Shown here in pieces: positions 29,261 through 39,283 of a stretch of 64,000 bases of DNA. The first letter of the stretch is position 1; every line of letters starts with the position of its first letter. The translations under genes were made by a program, and so were the position numbers. Where the stretch lies: NCBI GenBank assembly GCA_039815185.1, contig JBCBZT010000034.1:25863-89862 (forward strand), in the 5' to 3' direction. Under the pieces are notes generated by a model that worked only from the letters and a program-made list of their open reading frames with translations, was not told the origin of the DNA and ran no database searches. This DNA comes from Cyanobacteria bacterium P01_A01_bin.123. GTDB lineage: Bacteria; Cyanobacteriota; Cyanobacteriia; Phormidesmidales; Phormidesmidaceae.

Positions 29261-29809
29261 CTACAAACCAAAGCTATGCTGATAGAAGGGAACTCGCTTG
29301 AGTTGCGCATAGTTTTGTGCGACAAACTGCTCCTCATCCTTAAGCATCTGCTCTACTTGAGCTAGCAAAAAACTGCTCGTTCCAAACGGATAGATTCTCA
29401 CAAATCTAGGCAGGATATGACGAAAAACTGAGTAGTATGGAAAATCAGTCTTGGGTAATTCGCAGACAAACGCGGCCTGGGCGCAGACCTGAATCGGTAG
29501 CGGTTGAGTGCTATTGATTTCAAAGGATATAGGTATAGCTGGTGCAAGACGTTGAACTGATCTGAAGGGTGATTTTTTCGCAAAAATTGACCCTATTTTG
29601 AGTTCATCAAAGTGAGCAACTATTTGGTGGTCAAAAACAAGCCATCCTTGGGTTTGATAAAGCCTTTTAGCTGAAAATTTTTGACTAAAAAATACACATC
29701 TTTTGACTATTACAGACGTCGTCAAAACGGCAATTTGAAAATGGCCTAGATCTGCGATCGCAACTTCGCCAAATAAGGGCTCAGGGCCCTGAGACATAAA
29801 GTTAGTCAT
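29261..29809 (-). CDS. Hypothetical protein
   Basis: 182-aa ORF whose ATG overlaps the stop of the upstream ORF (ATGA). Confidence 0.55.
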   Translation of the reverse strand: MTNFMSQGPEPLFGEVAIADLGHFQIAVLTTSVIVKRCVFFSQKFSAKRLYQTQGWLVFDHQIVAHFDELKIGSIFAKKSPFRSVQRLAPAIPISFEINSTQPLPIQVCAQAAFVCELPKTDFPYYSVFRHILPRFVRIYPFGTSSFLLAQVEQMLKDEEQFVAQNYAQLKRVPFYQHSFGL

Positions 29810-30078
29810 AACGACACCTCACTGCACTCAAGATTCTTGAGTTGGATGTAGTCAGAATCTTGGGTAATACTCATTAATGAATGGTTATTTTGTAACTCTC
29901 GTAACTGCAACAATTCAAAGCCTGATGAGTTATGAGATTGTAAGGTGAAACAAGGTGCAGTATGAGTACCTTCAAATGTTGAAACTGTAGGCGCACAGTC
30001 TGATATTGGAGTTATATGGGAAGAAAGTTTTTGCATAGAGAATGTCATCTCATTACTTCTTTGGAAAAATGAGTCCAA
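29806..30078 (-). CDS. Hypothetical small protein
   Basis: 90-aa ORF coupled to 29261-29809; start uncertain. Confidence 0.35.
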   Translation of the reverse strand: MDSFFQRSNEMTFSMQKLSSHITPISDCAPTVSTFEGTHTAPCFTLQSHNSSGFELLQLRELQNNHSLMSITQDSDYIQLKNLECSEVSL

Positions 30079-30637
30079 CTCAAAAAATGAGTTCTGCGAT
30101 CGCTACTAATTTTTTATTGAGTTCCGCAAAATCAGGCAGCGAGTTTGAAAGAGAAGATTTTAACTTTCGCAGAATCCGTAGAGAATTGGTACAGGTTCAT
30201 TTGACTTAGTGCTCAATCCGAAGTCAGAACTGAAATAACGGATTGCCTATGGATAACCTCATGCGATCGCAGCAGCATTCCAGAACGTATCCTAATTCAA
30301 GTCGCAATTGAATATTTAGCAGAGTCGATTACTTGTTTCAGCTATACTGGTTCAGTTTTCACTGGTTCTTAAGCTGTTGTAATCGAAGCTCACCAGTTAA
30401 GTTCTGGTTCAAACCAATCATCTGAATTGAAATACCTCACTGCTGCAAAAGACAAGGGCTAGTTCAGCGTGAATGGCATTTCAATATAACTTGTCAATTA
30501 GAGCTTCTTGATCTGTAGAAGAATCAACAAAAGTCTACACTGCTGTTCATTCAAACTTATCGGCATAAGTTTTTTCTAGCATATGAACCCTGGTTTATAC
30601 GATTGTGCTGCAAAAAGGTGACGGGTTTGGGAAAAAT

Positions 30638-30669
30638 GTGGATCACTTTTCGATCACATTTGGATCACA
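30638..30669. promoter_or_regulatory. Three GATCAC direct repeats with 11-bp period; candidate operator
   Basis: GATCAC at 30641, 30652 and 30663 in the divergent intergenic region. Confidence 0.45.
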
Positions 30670-31172
30670 ACTCAAGTTTTCGACCTGAGAAAGTGTTTGA
30701 AGAGGCATAAACCTTGGTCTAATCTAAATCTATAGGCTCGCTTAAGCTAAAACTCAAGTTTTCAACTCGGATAGGACTTCAGTCAGTAACATTAAGCACT
30801 CAGAAATTCTCGACTTTTTATAATTCCAGATAACTGCGTTTCAAGAATCAGTACTGTGTGAAATTTATCACATTGATAAAAATCTATTTGGTTTTGCTGG
30901 AAATTATAATTTGACGAACTAGAAAAGTGAATGATTTTTTCTTTGTGCATAAGCTCCTCCACACTCAGCACAAATTTCTAAACACCAGGCTTCACATTGG
31001 TCTATACGGTAAAAGCCTTTGCAAAGGCTATCACGGGGGTAGATTATCCACTGGGCTTTGGATGAGTCTGTTTAGTGATTATCAACTCCAAAACCTGAAT
31101 AAGTCCATTCGGGTTAGTAATATACAGTGACAATTACCTCATCCAACATTAAACAGGAGAGCTGGAGGAAAG

Positions 31173-32279
31173 ATGACGAGTCTTAGAGCTTCTGAAAAAG
31201 GATTAGAAATAGTAAATTCAGCGAGAATAAGAAGAGGCTGGTCAAAAAGCTCAGATGCATGGGCTGATCTAGCCAAGGTCTCATCAGGTACTCTCAAGCG
31301 ATTTTGGCAGGGGAAGGCTATCCGAAGCGATAGTTTTCAAGAAATATGTCATGCGATAGGTGTCTATAGCTGGATAGATATTGCAGACTTTAACTCATCT
31401 GAAAACGAATCATTTAAGTCAGATATAGCTGCTCATTTCATAACTGGAAATCCAATCTTAGATCCGAAACTTTTCTTCGGTAGGGATGCAGGTATAAGGC
31501 GCATTTTCAGTATCTTAAACAGGCACCCATTGCAAAACATTGCAGTCATGGGCAAGAAGCGGAGTGGCAAAACTTCCCTATTGCACTATATATCAAAGAT
31601 TACGAAAATCCATCCTGAAAATCTTAGAGCCGATCAAAAAAGTCATTGGTTAAAAAATTCAGAAGCATACAACTGGATATTTATCGATTTTCAAGATAGG
31701 AGAATGATGAATCAAAATAAACTATTAGGCTATATTCTAAGTCAGATGGGATTACAAGATGAACATCAACTTGATTTAGAGCTATTCATGGAGATTTTTA
31801 GCTCAAATATCAAGAAGCCAACGGTTATTCTTTTTGATGAAATTGATGGCGCAATACAACCTAATTCGCCTTTAGACGATCCTTTTTGGGAAAGCCTCAG
31901 GTCTCTAGGGACGAATCACTCTCAAGGAAACTTATCTTTTGTGCTGGCATCCTCTAGCTTGCCAAGTGAGCTTGCCCATAGCACAGGATATATATCACCC
32001 TTCTTTAATATTTTTGGTCACATTATCAAGCTAGGGCCATTAACAGAGACAGAAGCTTATGAACTGATGCGGAGCTCACCGATTCCTTTCTCAAGTGAGG
32101 ATGAGAAATGGATCATTAGCGAAAGCCAGTGCTGGCCTTTGCTACTACAAATTTTATGTAGCGAGCGTTTGTTTTCATTAGAAGAAAGCGAGAAAGAAGG
32201 GACTTATGAAGGCTTTGATTGGCAAGCGCAAGGTCTCATGGAGATAGAGCGCTTTCGATATTTACTCGATTCTAACTAA
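31173..32279 (+). CDS. N-terminal HTH plus AAA/P-loop ATPase
   Basis: SLRASEKGL..WADLAKVSSGTLKRFWQG HTH-like; FFGR, GKKRSGKTSLL, ILFDEID, SPFFNIF. Confidence 0.82.
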   Translation: MTSLRASEKGLEIVNSARIRRGWSKSSDAWADLAKVSSGTLKRFWQGKAIRSDSFQEICHAIGVYSWIDIADFNSSENESFKSDIAAHFITGNPILDPKLFFGRDAGIRRIFSILNRHPLQNIAVMGKKRSGKTSLLHYISKITKIHPENLRADQKSHWLKNSEAYNWIFIDFQDRRMMNQNKLLGYILSQMGLQDEHQLDLELFMEIFSSNIKKPTVILFDEIDGAIQPNSPLDDPFWESLRSLGTNHSQGNLSFVLASSSLPSELAHSTGYISPFFNIFGHIIKLGPLTETEAYELMRSSPIPFSSEDEKWIISESQCWPLLLQILCSERLFSLEESEKEGTYEGFDWQAQGLMEIERFRYLLDSN

Positions 32280-32281
32280 CA

Positions 32282-32725
32282 ATGGCTAATGCTTCTGATT
32301 CAGAAAAAACTAAAGTTGATCGCCTAGGAGCCTTATTGCGTGAGCTAAATCGTACCCATGATCAATATGCAGTCCGCTTCATGCCGATTATCACGTTTAA
32401 CGATTGGCTAGATTATCTCGAAGAGGTTCTAACAGAAAGCATCATTCTGATCGCCCTAGACGAGTTTGAGGTGCTCGAAGGATCCTTTAGCAGAGGTCAA
32501 CTTTGCGAGGCAGACATTCTGGAAATGTTGAGAAACCTAATTCAACATCGTTCTCGATTCAGATTGCTGTTGTCTGGCTCAAACACATTAGATAAATTTC
32601 AAAAATGGTCTAATTATTTAATTAACACTAAGGTCTTCAAAGTTGGCTACTTAAACGATAAAGAGTCTCATCAGTTGTTTCAGGTAGAACTCATCCGTCG
32701 TTGGTTTAGTCAAAAAACAAGATGA
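32282..32725 (+). pseudogene. Internally deleted AAA ATPase remnant
   Basis: Has Walker B IALDEFE and C-terminal FQVELIRRWF but no Walker A; only 147 aa. Confidence 0.6.
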
Positions 32726-32784
32726 CTGTTATATGATGTCCCAACGCCAGATGGTAAAGCGACGCGTGTTACCTGCATCAGTCT

Positions 32785-33627
32785 CTACACCACTTCATAG
32801 GACAGAATCACATAACGTACTATCCCCAGACGACTCAACACAGCTAATCCTCCCGTTGCTGATTGAGACGTGGGATCCACATTCTTCATCAATTGATTGA
32901 CGACGGGGTAAGTCGGTAAGGTATTACGGGTGATATCTTCAATCTGCCGTTGCCGAAATCCAGCTTTAGCGGCAAGCTGCGCATATTGGGAAAAAGTCCA
33001 AAAGTTAATGGGGGGATTGCCTTCTGCCGTAAATTGCCCATATGCCTTTGTGACTAAACGGTTGGTCACCCCTTCAAATTGCTTCCATAGGAGGCCAAAC
33101 CAGTTGGGGATTAAAAAGTCACAGAGCACCAGCATCCCCCCCGGTGCAAGCACTCGTTTAACTTCTGAGAAAAATCTTGCCCGACTGGGAAAGGCAAAAA
33201 TGCACTCGACTGCCAAAACGACGTCAAAGGCCCCATCGGGAAAGGGCAGTGCACAGGCATCTCCACAAATAAATTCAATTTGATTGCCCGATTGAGGCAC
33301 CACTTCAACCTTGGCCCGCTCAACTTGCTCGGCATTGATATTGATGCCTTTTAACTGCAAATTCTGATGTGAGGCATTCAACAATGCAATGGTGCCGCCA
33401 AACCCGCATCCGGCATCAAGGATGCTCAGACCATCTCGCAGCTTAGCGTGGCCAAGTAATTGGCGTGACAAGCGCTCAGCCGCTGCAGAGAAATCCTTCA
33501 GTGAACCATCAGCCAGGGCTGAATCGGGCCAAAACCCCCAGTGAATATGCTGTCCGAATGCCTCCAGGGCTTGGGTATCTTGAGTAGCAAACAGTCTGGG
33601 CAAATCGTCAAAGTAGGGGCGACTCAT
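32785..33627 (-). CDS. Class I SAM-dependent methyltransferase
   Basis: HIHWGFW, ILDAGCGFGG, GDACALPF, FDVVLAVE, LAPGG. Confidence 0.9.
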   Translation of the reverse strand: MSRPYFDDLPRLFATQDTQALEAFGQHIHWGFWPDSALADGSLKDFSAAAERLSRQLLGHAKLRDGLSILDAGCGFGGTIALLNASHQNLQLKGININAEQVERAKVEVVPQSGNQIEFICGDACALPFPDGAFDVVLAVECIFAFPSRARFFSEVKRVLAPGGMLVLCDFLIPNWFGLLWKQFEGVTNRLVTKAYGQFTAEGNPPINFWTFSQYAQLAAKAGFRQRQIEDITRNTLPTYPVVNQLMKNVDPTSQSATGGLAVLSRLGIVRYVILSYEVV

Positions 33628-33706
33628 AGGTAATTTAGGTAATTAACGACAAACAACAAAAAACGAAAAAATTTGTGGCAAGAGAATTATTCGAGTATGC
33701 TAAACG

Positions 33707-34312
33707 ATGTCGAAAGCAATCCACGCCCGTTTCGTCGAAATTTCTAAGGATTTAAGTCCGGTCTTGGCCGAGGCGATCGCACGAACTAAGCCGATCGAAC
33801 TGGTTCCAAACCAGAATGATCCCTTTTCGGAGCGATTATGTCGCGCGATCGCAGGTCAGCAACTATCGGTCAAAGCAGCCCGTTCGATTTGGGGCCGGGT
33901 TGTTGATAGCGCAGCTGATCGGTCGCTGGTTGAATATTTTGCGGAAGTTGACCCAACTACCTTGCGCACCTGTGGTCTATCGGCTGCAAAGGCGAAATCC
34001 ATGCGCGCGATCGCATTGGCAACCCGTTCAGGACAGCTTGATGCAGAAGAATTGGGTGCGCTAGATCAGAGTGATCGCAGCCAACGCTTAACGGCTATCT
34101 GGGGTGTGGGCCAATGGACCGCTGACATGATGGGCATCTTTTATTTCGGCGATCCCAATATCTGGCCCGATGGCGACACGACTGCCCGCAAAATGCTCGA
34201 ACGGTTGACCAGTCCAAGGCGAAAGACCACGCGTACCGCCACTCGCTTTGCACCCCATCGCTCGTATCTGGCCCTTTACATGTGGCATCAAGCCGACGCA
34301 GCGCCGACTTGA
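33707..34312 (+). CDS. alkA: DNA-3-methyladenine glycosylase II (AlkA, HhH-GPD family)
   Basis: IAGQQLSVKAA, GLSAAK, WGVGQWTADM, WPDGD, PHRSY. Confidence 0.88.
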   Translation: MSKAIHARFVEISKDLSPVLAEAIARTKPIELVPNQNDPFSERLCRAIAGQQLSVKAARSIWGRVVDSAADRSLVEYFAEVDPTTLRTCGLSAAKAKSMRAIALATRSGQLDAEELGALDQSDRSQRLTAIWGVGQWTADMMGIFYFGDPNIWPDGDTTARKMLERLTSPRRKTTRTATRFAPHRSYLALYMWHQADAAPT

Positions 34313-34478
34313 TGGCATATTTTTGCACCAGTCAGGTTATGTTTGAGCAATTTTTGGAGTTTGCGGTACCCTTCGCAACTCGTCAGCCTGAAGCAACAGC
34401 CCGCTATGACCAGGAAACCAAACGGTGGATTTATAGCCGTAGCCAGAAAGCTTTGTGCGCTATGGCGAGCGCTATAAG

Positions 34479-35300
34479 TCAGGGGGTCGAGTAGTCCCGA
34501 TCAACCTGCTCGCGCGCCAGAGGCAAACTGCGTGCAGCCAAGCCGGGGTATTGATGGTGTAAGTCATGGTTCAGGGTGGCATGCACTACCGTTTTGCCAA
34601 ATATCCATTCGCCAATGCGGATCGAGATAGGGGGTAATGACAAGGCAAAGTTGCCATACTCACCCTTTTGGTGATGTACACAACGGAAAAAGATAAAGTC
34701 GGAGACCCCATAAACCAAGCGGAGCGTTAACCAAAACCACAAAAACGTTGTGCCACCAAACCAGGCGATCGCGCCCAGGAGTAACATCTTGATCACCAGT
34801 CCAATAGTCAAAGAGAGACTGAGTCCATAGCTGGCAATCCAGCGAATGGTATCTTGCTCGGGCGTCGTCATCGCATTCAAAAAGACCCACCCACTTGCCC
34901 CACGAATATGGTAGCCATCAGGGTCTGCGTCGGTGGCAGGAGCCCGATGATGGGCAAAGTGGATCGCGCGAATTTCGTCATAGCCGAGGCTGAGTACCGA
35001 AAGTGGAACCGGGCTTGAACCCAGCCAGCGAATCAAGCGATTAAGCTGACTAGGATCATAGATATGTACCAGTTCATGGACGCTAATGATCCAGCGGGGA
35101 AAGGTTAGGATAACCACCCCTATCAAACCAGCGATGGGCATTACGCCTTGAACAGTCCAGACGTAGCTGGCGATTAAAACGATCGAGACGAACCAACACT
35201 GCTGCACATAGCCTAAGGCATCCGACTCTGTCACCATATATTCAGTGGGATAGTCATATTTAGAGGGATAGTCGGGCGGCGGGGACAGTAAGTGCGTCAT
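34479..35300 (-). CDS. Membrane fatty-acid desaturase/hydroxylase-superfamily protein
   Basis: Three histidine boxes HELVH, HFAHH and HDLHH with TM segments. Confidence 0.8.
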   Translation of the reverse strand: MTHLLSPPPDYPSKYDYPTEYMVTESDALGYVQQCWFVSIVLIASYVWTVQGVMPIAGLIGVVILTFPRWIISVHELVHIYDPSQLNRLIRWLGSSPVPLSVLSLGYDEIRAIHFAHHRAPATDADPDGYHIRGASGWVFLNAMTTPEQDTIRWIASYGLSLSLTIGLVIKMLLLGAIAWFGGTTFLWFWLTLRLVYGVSDFIFFRCVHHQKGEYGNFALSLPPISIRIGEWIFGKTVVHATLNHDLHHQYPGLAARSLPLAREQVDRDYSTP

Positions 35301-35463
35301 CGGAGATTGTCAGAACGGGATGGCAAATTACAGTCTATCGCCATCAAGCCCCATCGCTGCCAAGGGAAAGAGCAGGCGGCGATCGCAATTGCCAAACCCA
35401 TTCAACATAATTTTCGAGCACAGGCGATTCTCCTGCGTATCCCAACAAGACAATACCTACGCT

Positions 35464-37521
35464 CTAGGCAGCATTTAAGTTCACTACCAATCCATTTCTA
35501 GACAGATAGTTTTCGAACTTGTGAATATCGATAGAGCCAGTTTGATCCGCATCCAAAATGCTAAATAGTTGTTCGACAATATAGGGGCGAATATCCTCTG
35601 CATTTCGTTGCCCAGTGGTCTGTGCCTCAATAAATCGCAGCAGCTCGAATAACTCAGCTTTATCCAACGATCGGTTGTTGTCCCTGTCAAAATAGTGAAA
35701 TAGCTGGTGAGCATCTTCGGAAGTGATCCGCGAAGATCGTAAGGATTCTTTCAACATCTGTCGAGTAAACACATTCATAAAGAAGAGCTGCTCTAGAAGC
35801 GGGAAGAAGAAGAACCCAAACGCAGCCCAGAAAACGGCATACTGCAAAATGGGATGCTCCCTCATGACGCTGGCCCCGTTGAGCAATGATGCCCATAGGA
35901 AAAAGTTGGGGGTGACCAGCAACAAATAAGCATCTTGAGCTTCAGCTTTATTTGCCCATTTTTTAGGCAACAGAATTGCTAACGCTGCCAGACCTCGCAT
36001 CAGCAATAAACTCATCAACGCAATTCCCAGCTGCTGTAGACAAGCCAGGGAACTCTCTGGATTTACGCCCAGGAATATGTCTGAGATTAAGTGGGCAGGT
36101 GTGAACTGTAATCCCGCCGAAAATGCCATAATCGCCCCAGCAAAAATCCCGATAAATTTCCAGTTTTTACTGTGGTGATTAGAGTCTACAGGGGACTTGG
36201 TACGCCACAACTGCGCGATGACACCTGGCACCACTAGACCCAATACCAGGATGATGTAGAAAACTTCCAGGCTGGCGGGATTAATAGGTAGCATGACGAC
36301 GGATAGCAAACTGACGAGGGCTACCGAAACAAAAATGGATAGGGCTTTAGATAAGACTGCTGAGGGGTATAGGTTGCCTCCCCAGAGGATTGACATGACG
36401 GGCGTAGACAGCGCTGGTGGCACCATCCAAAACAATACCCATAACACCTTGTAAAGATCGTCTGCTCCCTGGTAGACCCAGCCCGATAACAATAGGGCAA
36501 TGCCGCCACCCCAGCGCAGCAGCATCCAACCATTTACCACTGTTGTGACAGTTCTGGAGACTTTACGACGGCTGGCTCTCAGGTCAATATCGAGATAGGC
36601 GTAGAATGTAGAAATGGCCAGACAGGTGAGAATAATGCCGGTGAATAAGATGGCGGGGATAGAAATTGTATTTACCACGGCTTTAATCACCACCCCAGTG
36701 ATAAACGCAAATGCACTCAGGCCAATACCCCACATGGTTGCCAAGTCGTTGACTTTTTTACGTAAGGAGGCCGCGCCGCTCGACTCTTTACGCTGGAAGT
36801 TAACCAATGCCTCTCGGCTTAGAGCCTTACCATTGGGCAATTTAAGGTGATGATATTCTGTGGCCGGTAAGCCGCTTAAGTACAAAGCTAAGGGTTCTAA
36901 AACATACTGATGGCAGACAACAAGCACGTTTTCGCCACGGTCTAGTCGAGGAACAATTTCATCCGCATAAAACTGAGCTACCCGGTCGTAAACCTGCTGA
37001 ATACTCTCACCCGACGGCGGTGTTTCATTATGGGAATGTAGCAGTGCTTCAAAGCCGTCGTAGCCCAAAGCTAGACGCAGCAAGTTTTTGTTGCACTGGG
37101 CAAAGATGCCAAAGGATTTTTCACTAATGCGATGGTCAATGTGGGGTTCAATATCTGGAGACTTGAGCGCACCGCTCACAGCCAGCGCGATATCACAGGT
37201 TTGTCGGGCTCGTTTCAGGTGAGAAACATAAACCGCATCAAACGTGACGCCTTTTTTCTGGATATCATCACCGGCCTGTCGGGCCTGCATCTTACCAAAT
37301 GCAGTTAGCTCAACATCTAAGACACCGGCAAAAATGTTGCGTTCGTTACTGGTACTTTCGCCATGGCGGACAAAGTAAACCGTGCCTTGACGACCGGAAG
37401 ATACAGGCTTGGGATAGGGAGAATTGTGTGTAGAAGTTGCTGCTGGCCTAGACGCGGTTGGAGGAGTAATAACTGAAACCATTTGTCTTCTTTCCTTTAG
37501 GGTGGGCATGTAACAACTCAT
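35464..37521 (-). CDS. Fusion of a histidine phosphatase (phosphoglycerate mutase-like), a multi-TM transporter-like domain and an EF-hand pair
   Basis: RHGESTSN, SHLKRARQT, EKSFG, VVCH; about 10 TM segments; DRDNNRSLDKAE and DADQTGSIDIHK. Confidence 0.82.
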   Translation of the reverse strand: MSCYMPTLKERRQMVSVITPPTASRPAATSTHNSPYPKPVSSGRQGTVYFVRHGESTSNERNIFAGVLDVELTAFGKMQARQAGDDIQKKGVTFDAVYVSHLKRARQTCDIALAVSGALKSPDIEPHIDHRISEKSFGIFAQCNKNLLRLALGYDGFEALLHSHNETPPSGESIQQVYDRVAQFYADEIVPRLDRGENVLVVCHQYVLEPLALYLSGLPATEYHHLKLPNGKALSREALVNFQRKESSGAASLRKKVNDLATMWGIGLSAFAFITGVVIKAVVNTISIPAILFTGIILTCLAISTFYAYLDIDLRASRRKVSRTVTTVVNGWMLLRWGGGIALLLSGWVYQGADDLYKVLWVLFWMVPPALSTPVMSILWGGNLYPSAVLSKALSIFVSVALVSLLSVVMLPINPASLEVFYIILVLGLVVPGVIAQLWRTKSPVDSNHHSKNWKFIGIFAGAIMAFSAGLQFTPAHLISDIFLGVNPESSLACLQQLGIALMSLLLMRGLAALAILLPKKWANKAEAQDAYLLLVTPNFFLWASLLNGASVMREHPILQYAVFWAAFGFFFFPLLEQLFFMNVFTRQMLKESLRSSRITSEDAHQLFHYFDRDNNRSLDKAELFELLRFIEAQTTGQRNAEDIRPYIVEQLFSILDADQTGSIDIHKFENYLSRNGLVVNLNAA

Positions 37522-37788
37522 TCGATCCAGAAGAACACCAGGTAACGACTGAGCGATAGGAACCGCTCGTGGATTTAGAGCTTAGGTACGGATATCCGCG
37601 CGATCGCTTTACGTTTTTTAATTTGTTGCGCCTAGCTGAGAACGACGGGTTAGTTAGCTGAGCGCATACTGATACTTTTCTGAGAAAATCCAGAAAACAT
37701 AAAGAAAAGCACCCCTGTGGGTGCTTGCTGGGCATATCCAATAGGGCATCCATGTGGTGTTGAAGCCACACCATTGCAACTTGCTTCT

Positions 37789-38100
37789 TCCCTTATTACA
37801 ACCTGGTCTTGGTTAACAGAAGCCATGTATTTGGCACTTCATCGAGGCGGATAGAGAATGCAAAAACAGTTAGGGCAACTACTTTTGAATAGACTGTTAT
37901 CGGTTTACGAAATTCAAGAAGAGAATTATGGTCGTTTGTTTGAGTTAATGGAGCAATATCAAGATCGACCAATGGACTTAGCAGATGCGTCATTGGTTCT
38001 AGTTGCAGAGAGAACAGGAGCCAGGCAGATTCTCACCCTTGATTCGGATTTCCTATTTTATCGAATCTCAAATAAGGATACTTTTGAGGTCATCGATTAA
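37789..38100 (+). pseudogene. PIN-domain (VapC-like) toxin remnant
   Basis: LITTWSWLTEAMYLALHRGG*RMQ..PMDLADASLV..ILTLDSDF; in-frame TAG at 37852-37854; N-terminus and antitoxin absent. Confidence 0.8.
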
Positions 38101-38725
38101 ACTTCATGAGTGACCCTGTTAGTGCAACTCCGGAACGGTTCTAAACCCTGATAAAAGTGGTTGAGAAATGCTTGAACTCGGGCGTTGCGTTTCAAATCAC
38201 GATGGGTCAGCAGCCAAATATCCGTGCCAAAACCCTCAAATACATCGCTCAATCGCACCAGCTTGCCACTCATCTCGGCGTAAATCACGGGCAATATACA
38301 GGCACCGCCACCAGCCTCAGCCATGATGAACTGTGCAGCAGGCGCATCTACACGGAAACGAACTTGTTCAGGGGGCACATGTTTCTCCATCCAAGCATCG
38401 ATCATGCGAGCATTGGCAGACGGATCCCAACCAATCCAGGGGAGCTGATCCCAACTGGCAGGCTGCATATCAGCGATCGCTGGATGAGCATATACAGCAT
38501 ATTCCACATGTAGGGCGCGCATCCCCACCAAGGTATCGTCAGGTTGCCTGGCAACCCGGATGGCGATATCAGCTTCCCGGCGTGTCAAGCTGTGTACCCG
38601 AGAAGTACTGGCAACGAGTTCCAGCGTGATATGGGGGTATCGAGCCTTAAACCCGTTCAACAGATCGGCATGAAACATCACAAACATATCTAAAAGCGCC
38701 ACCCGCAAGACACCGGAAAAGGGAC
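38097..38725 (-). pseudogene. LysR effector-binding domain without HTH
   Basis: SGVLRVA..FKARYPHITLEL..LTRREADIAIR..IWLLTHRDL; no room for an HTH before the divergent gene. Confidence 0.75.
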
Positions 38726-38727
38726 TG

Positions 38728-39093
38728 GTGTTTGCGGTGGGGATATATCGAACTCGGAAGAAACAGGGAATGGGGGTTCAAGACGATCTCACCCTTGAAC
38801 GAATGGTCCATCGGCACGGTAATCTGGCAGAAAACGCTGGCATCTTTATTGCCTCCATCGCTTTGCTGGAATTCCAGACCGGTTCAACCAGACTTGTATT
38901 TGCCCTTTGCCTTGTATTTGCGATCGCCCGAACGCTGCACGCCGTTAGATTCTCGTCTCCTTATGGCGCATACCGAATGGATGCCCAAGGACCGAATCTT
39001 ATTTTTTTAGGCGCACGAGCACTTGGCGCAACGGTTTCAGGATTATCCGGAATTACTTGTGGTCTGGCGATCGCGATCGCGCTTGCATCCTAA
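38728..39093 (+). pseudogene. MAPEG family membrane protein, 5'-truncated
   Basis: RHGNLAEN, ARTLHA motifs; first TM helix appears missing. Confidence 0.65.
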
Positions 39094-39283
39094 TCTTCTA
39101 CGGGCAAAGTCGTTCTTATCCAGAATCTTCGATCAGAGAATCATTTATCCCTTGACCTTCATGGCGAATTACGCTTAAGTTTTGACGAAGATGGCTCGGC
39201 CCAGGGCGTCAATCAAGACTAGGGACATGCCATCGAAATCTTGAAAATCTAATTGCCCTATGAAGAATTTCTAAATTTGAACA

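Noticed and set aside
34339..34494. Short ORF MFEQFLEFAVPF..RYDQETKRW as a RiPP precursor
   Set aside because: Only a vague resemblance, it overlaps the convergent gene, and no maturase is present in the window
28910..38725. The two LysR fragments as halves of one gene split by a 9-kb insertion
   Set aside because: Both contain the same G-x-[IL]-R-V segment with different sequence, and their order on the minus strand is reversed, so they come from different genes
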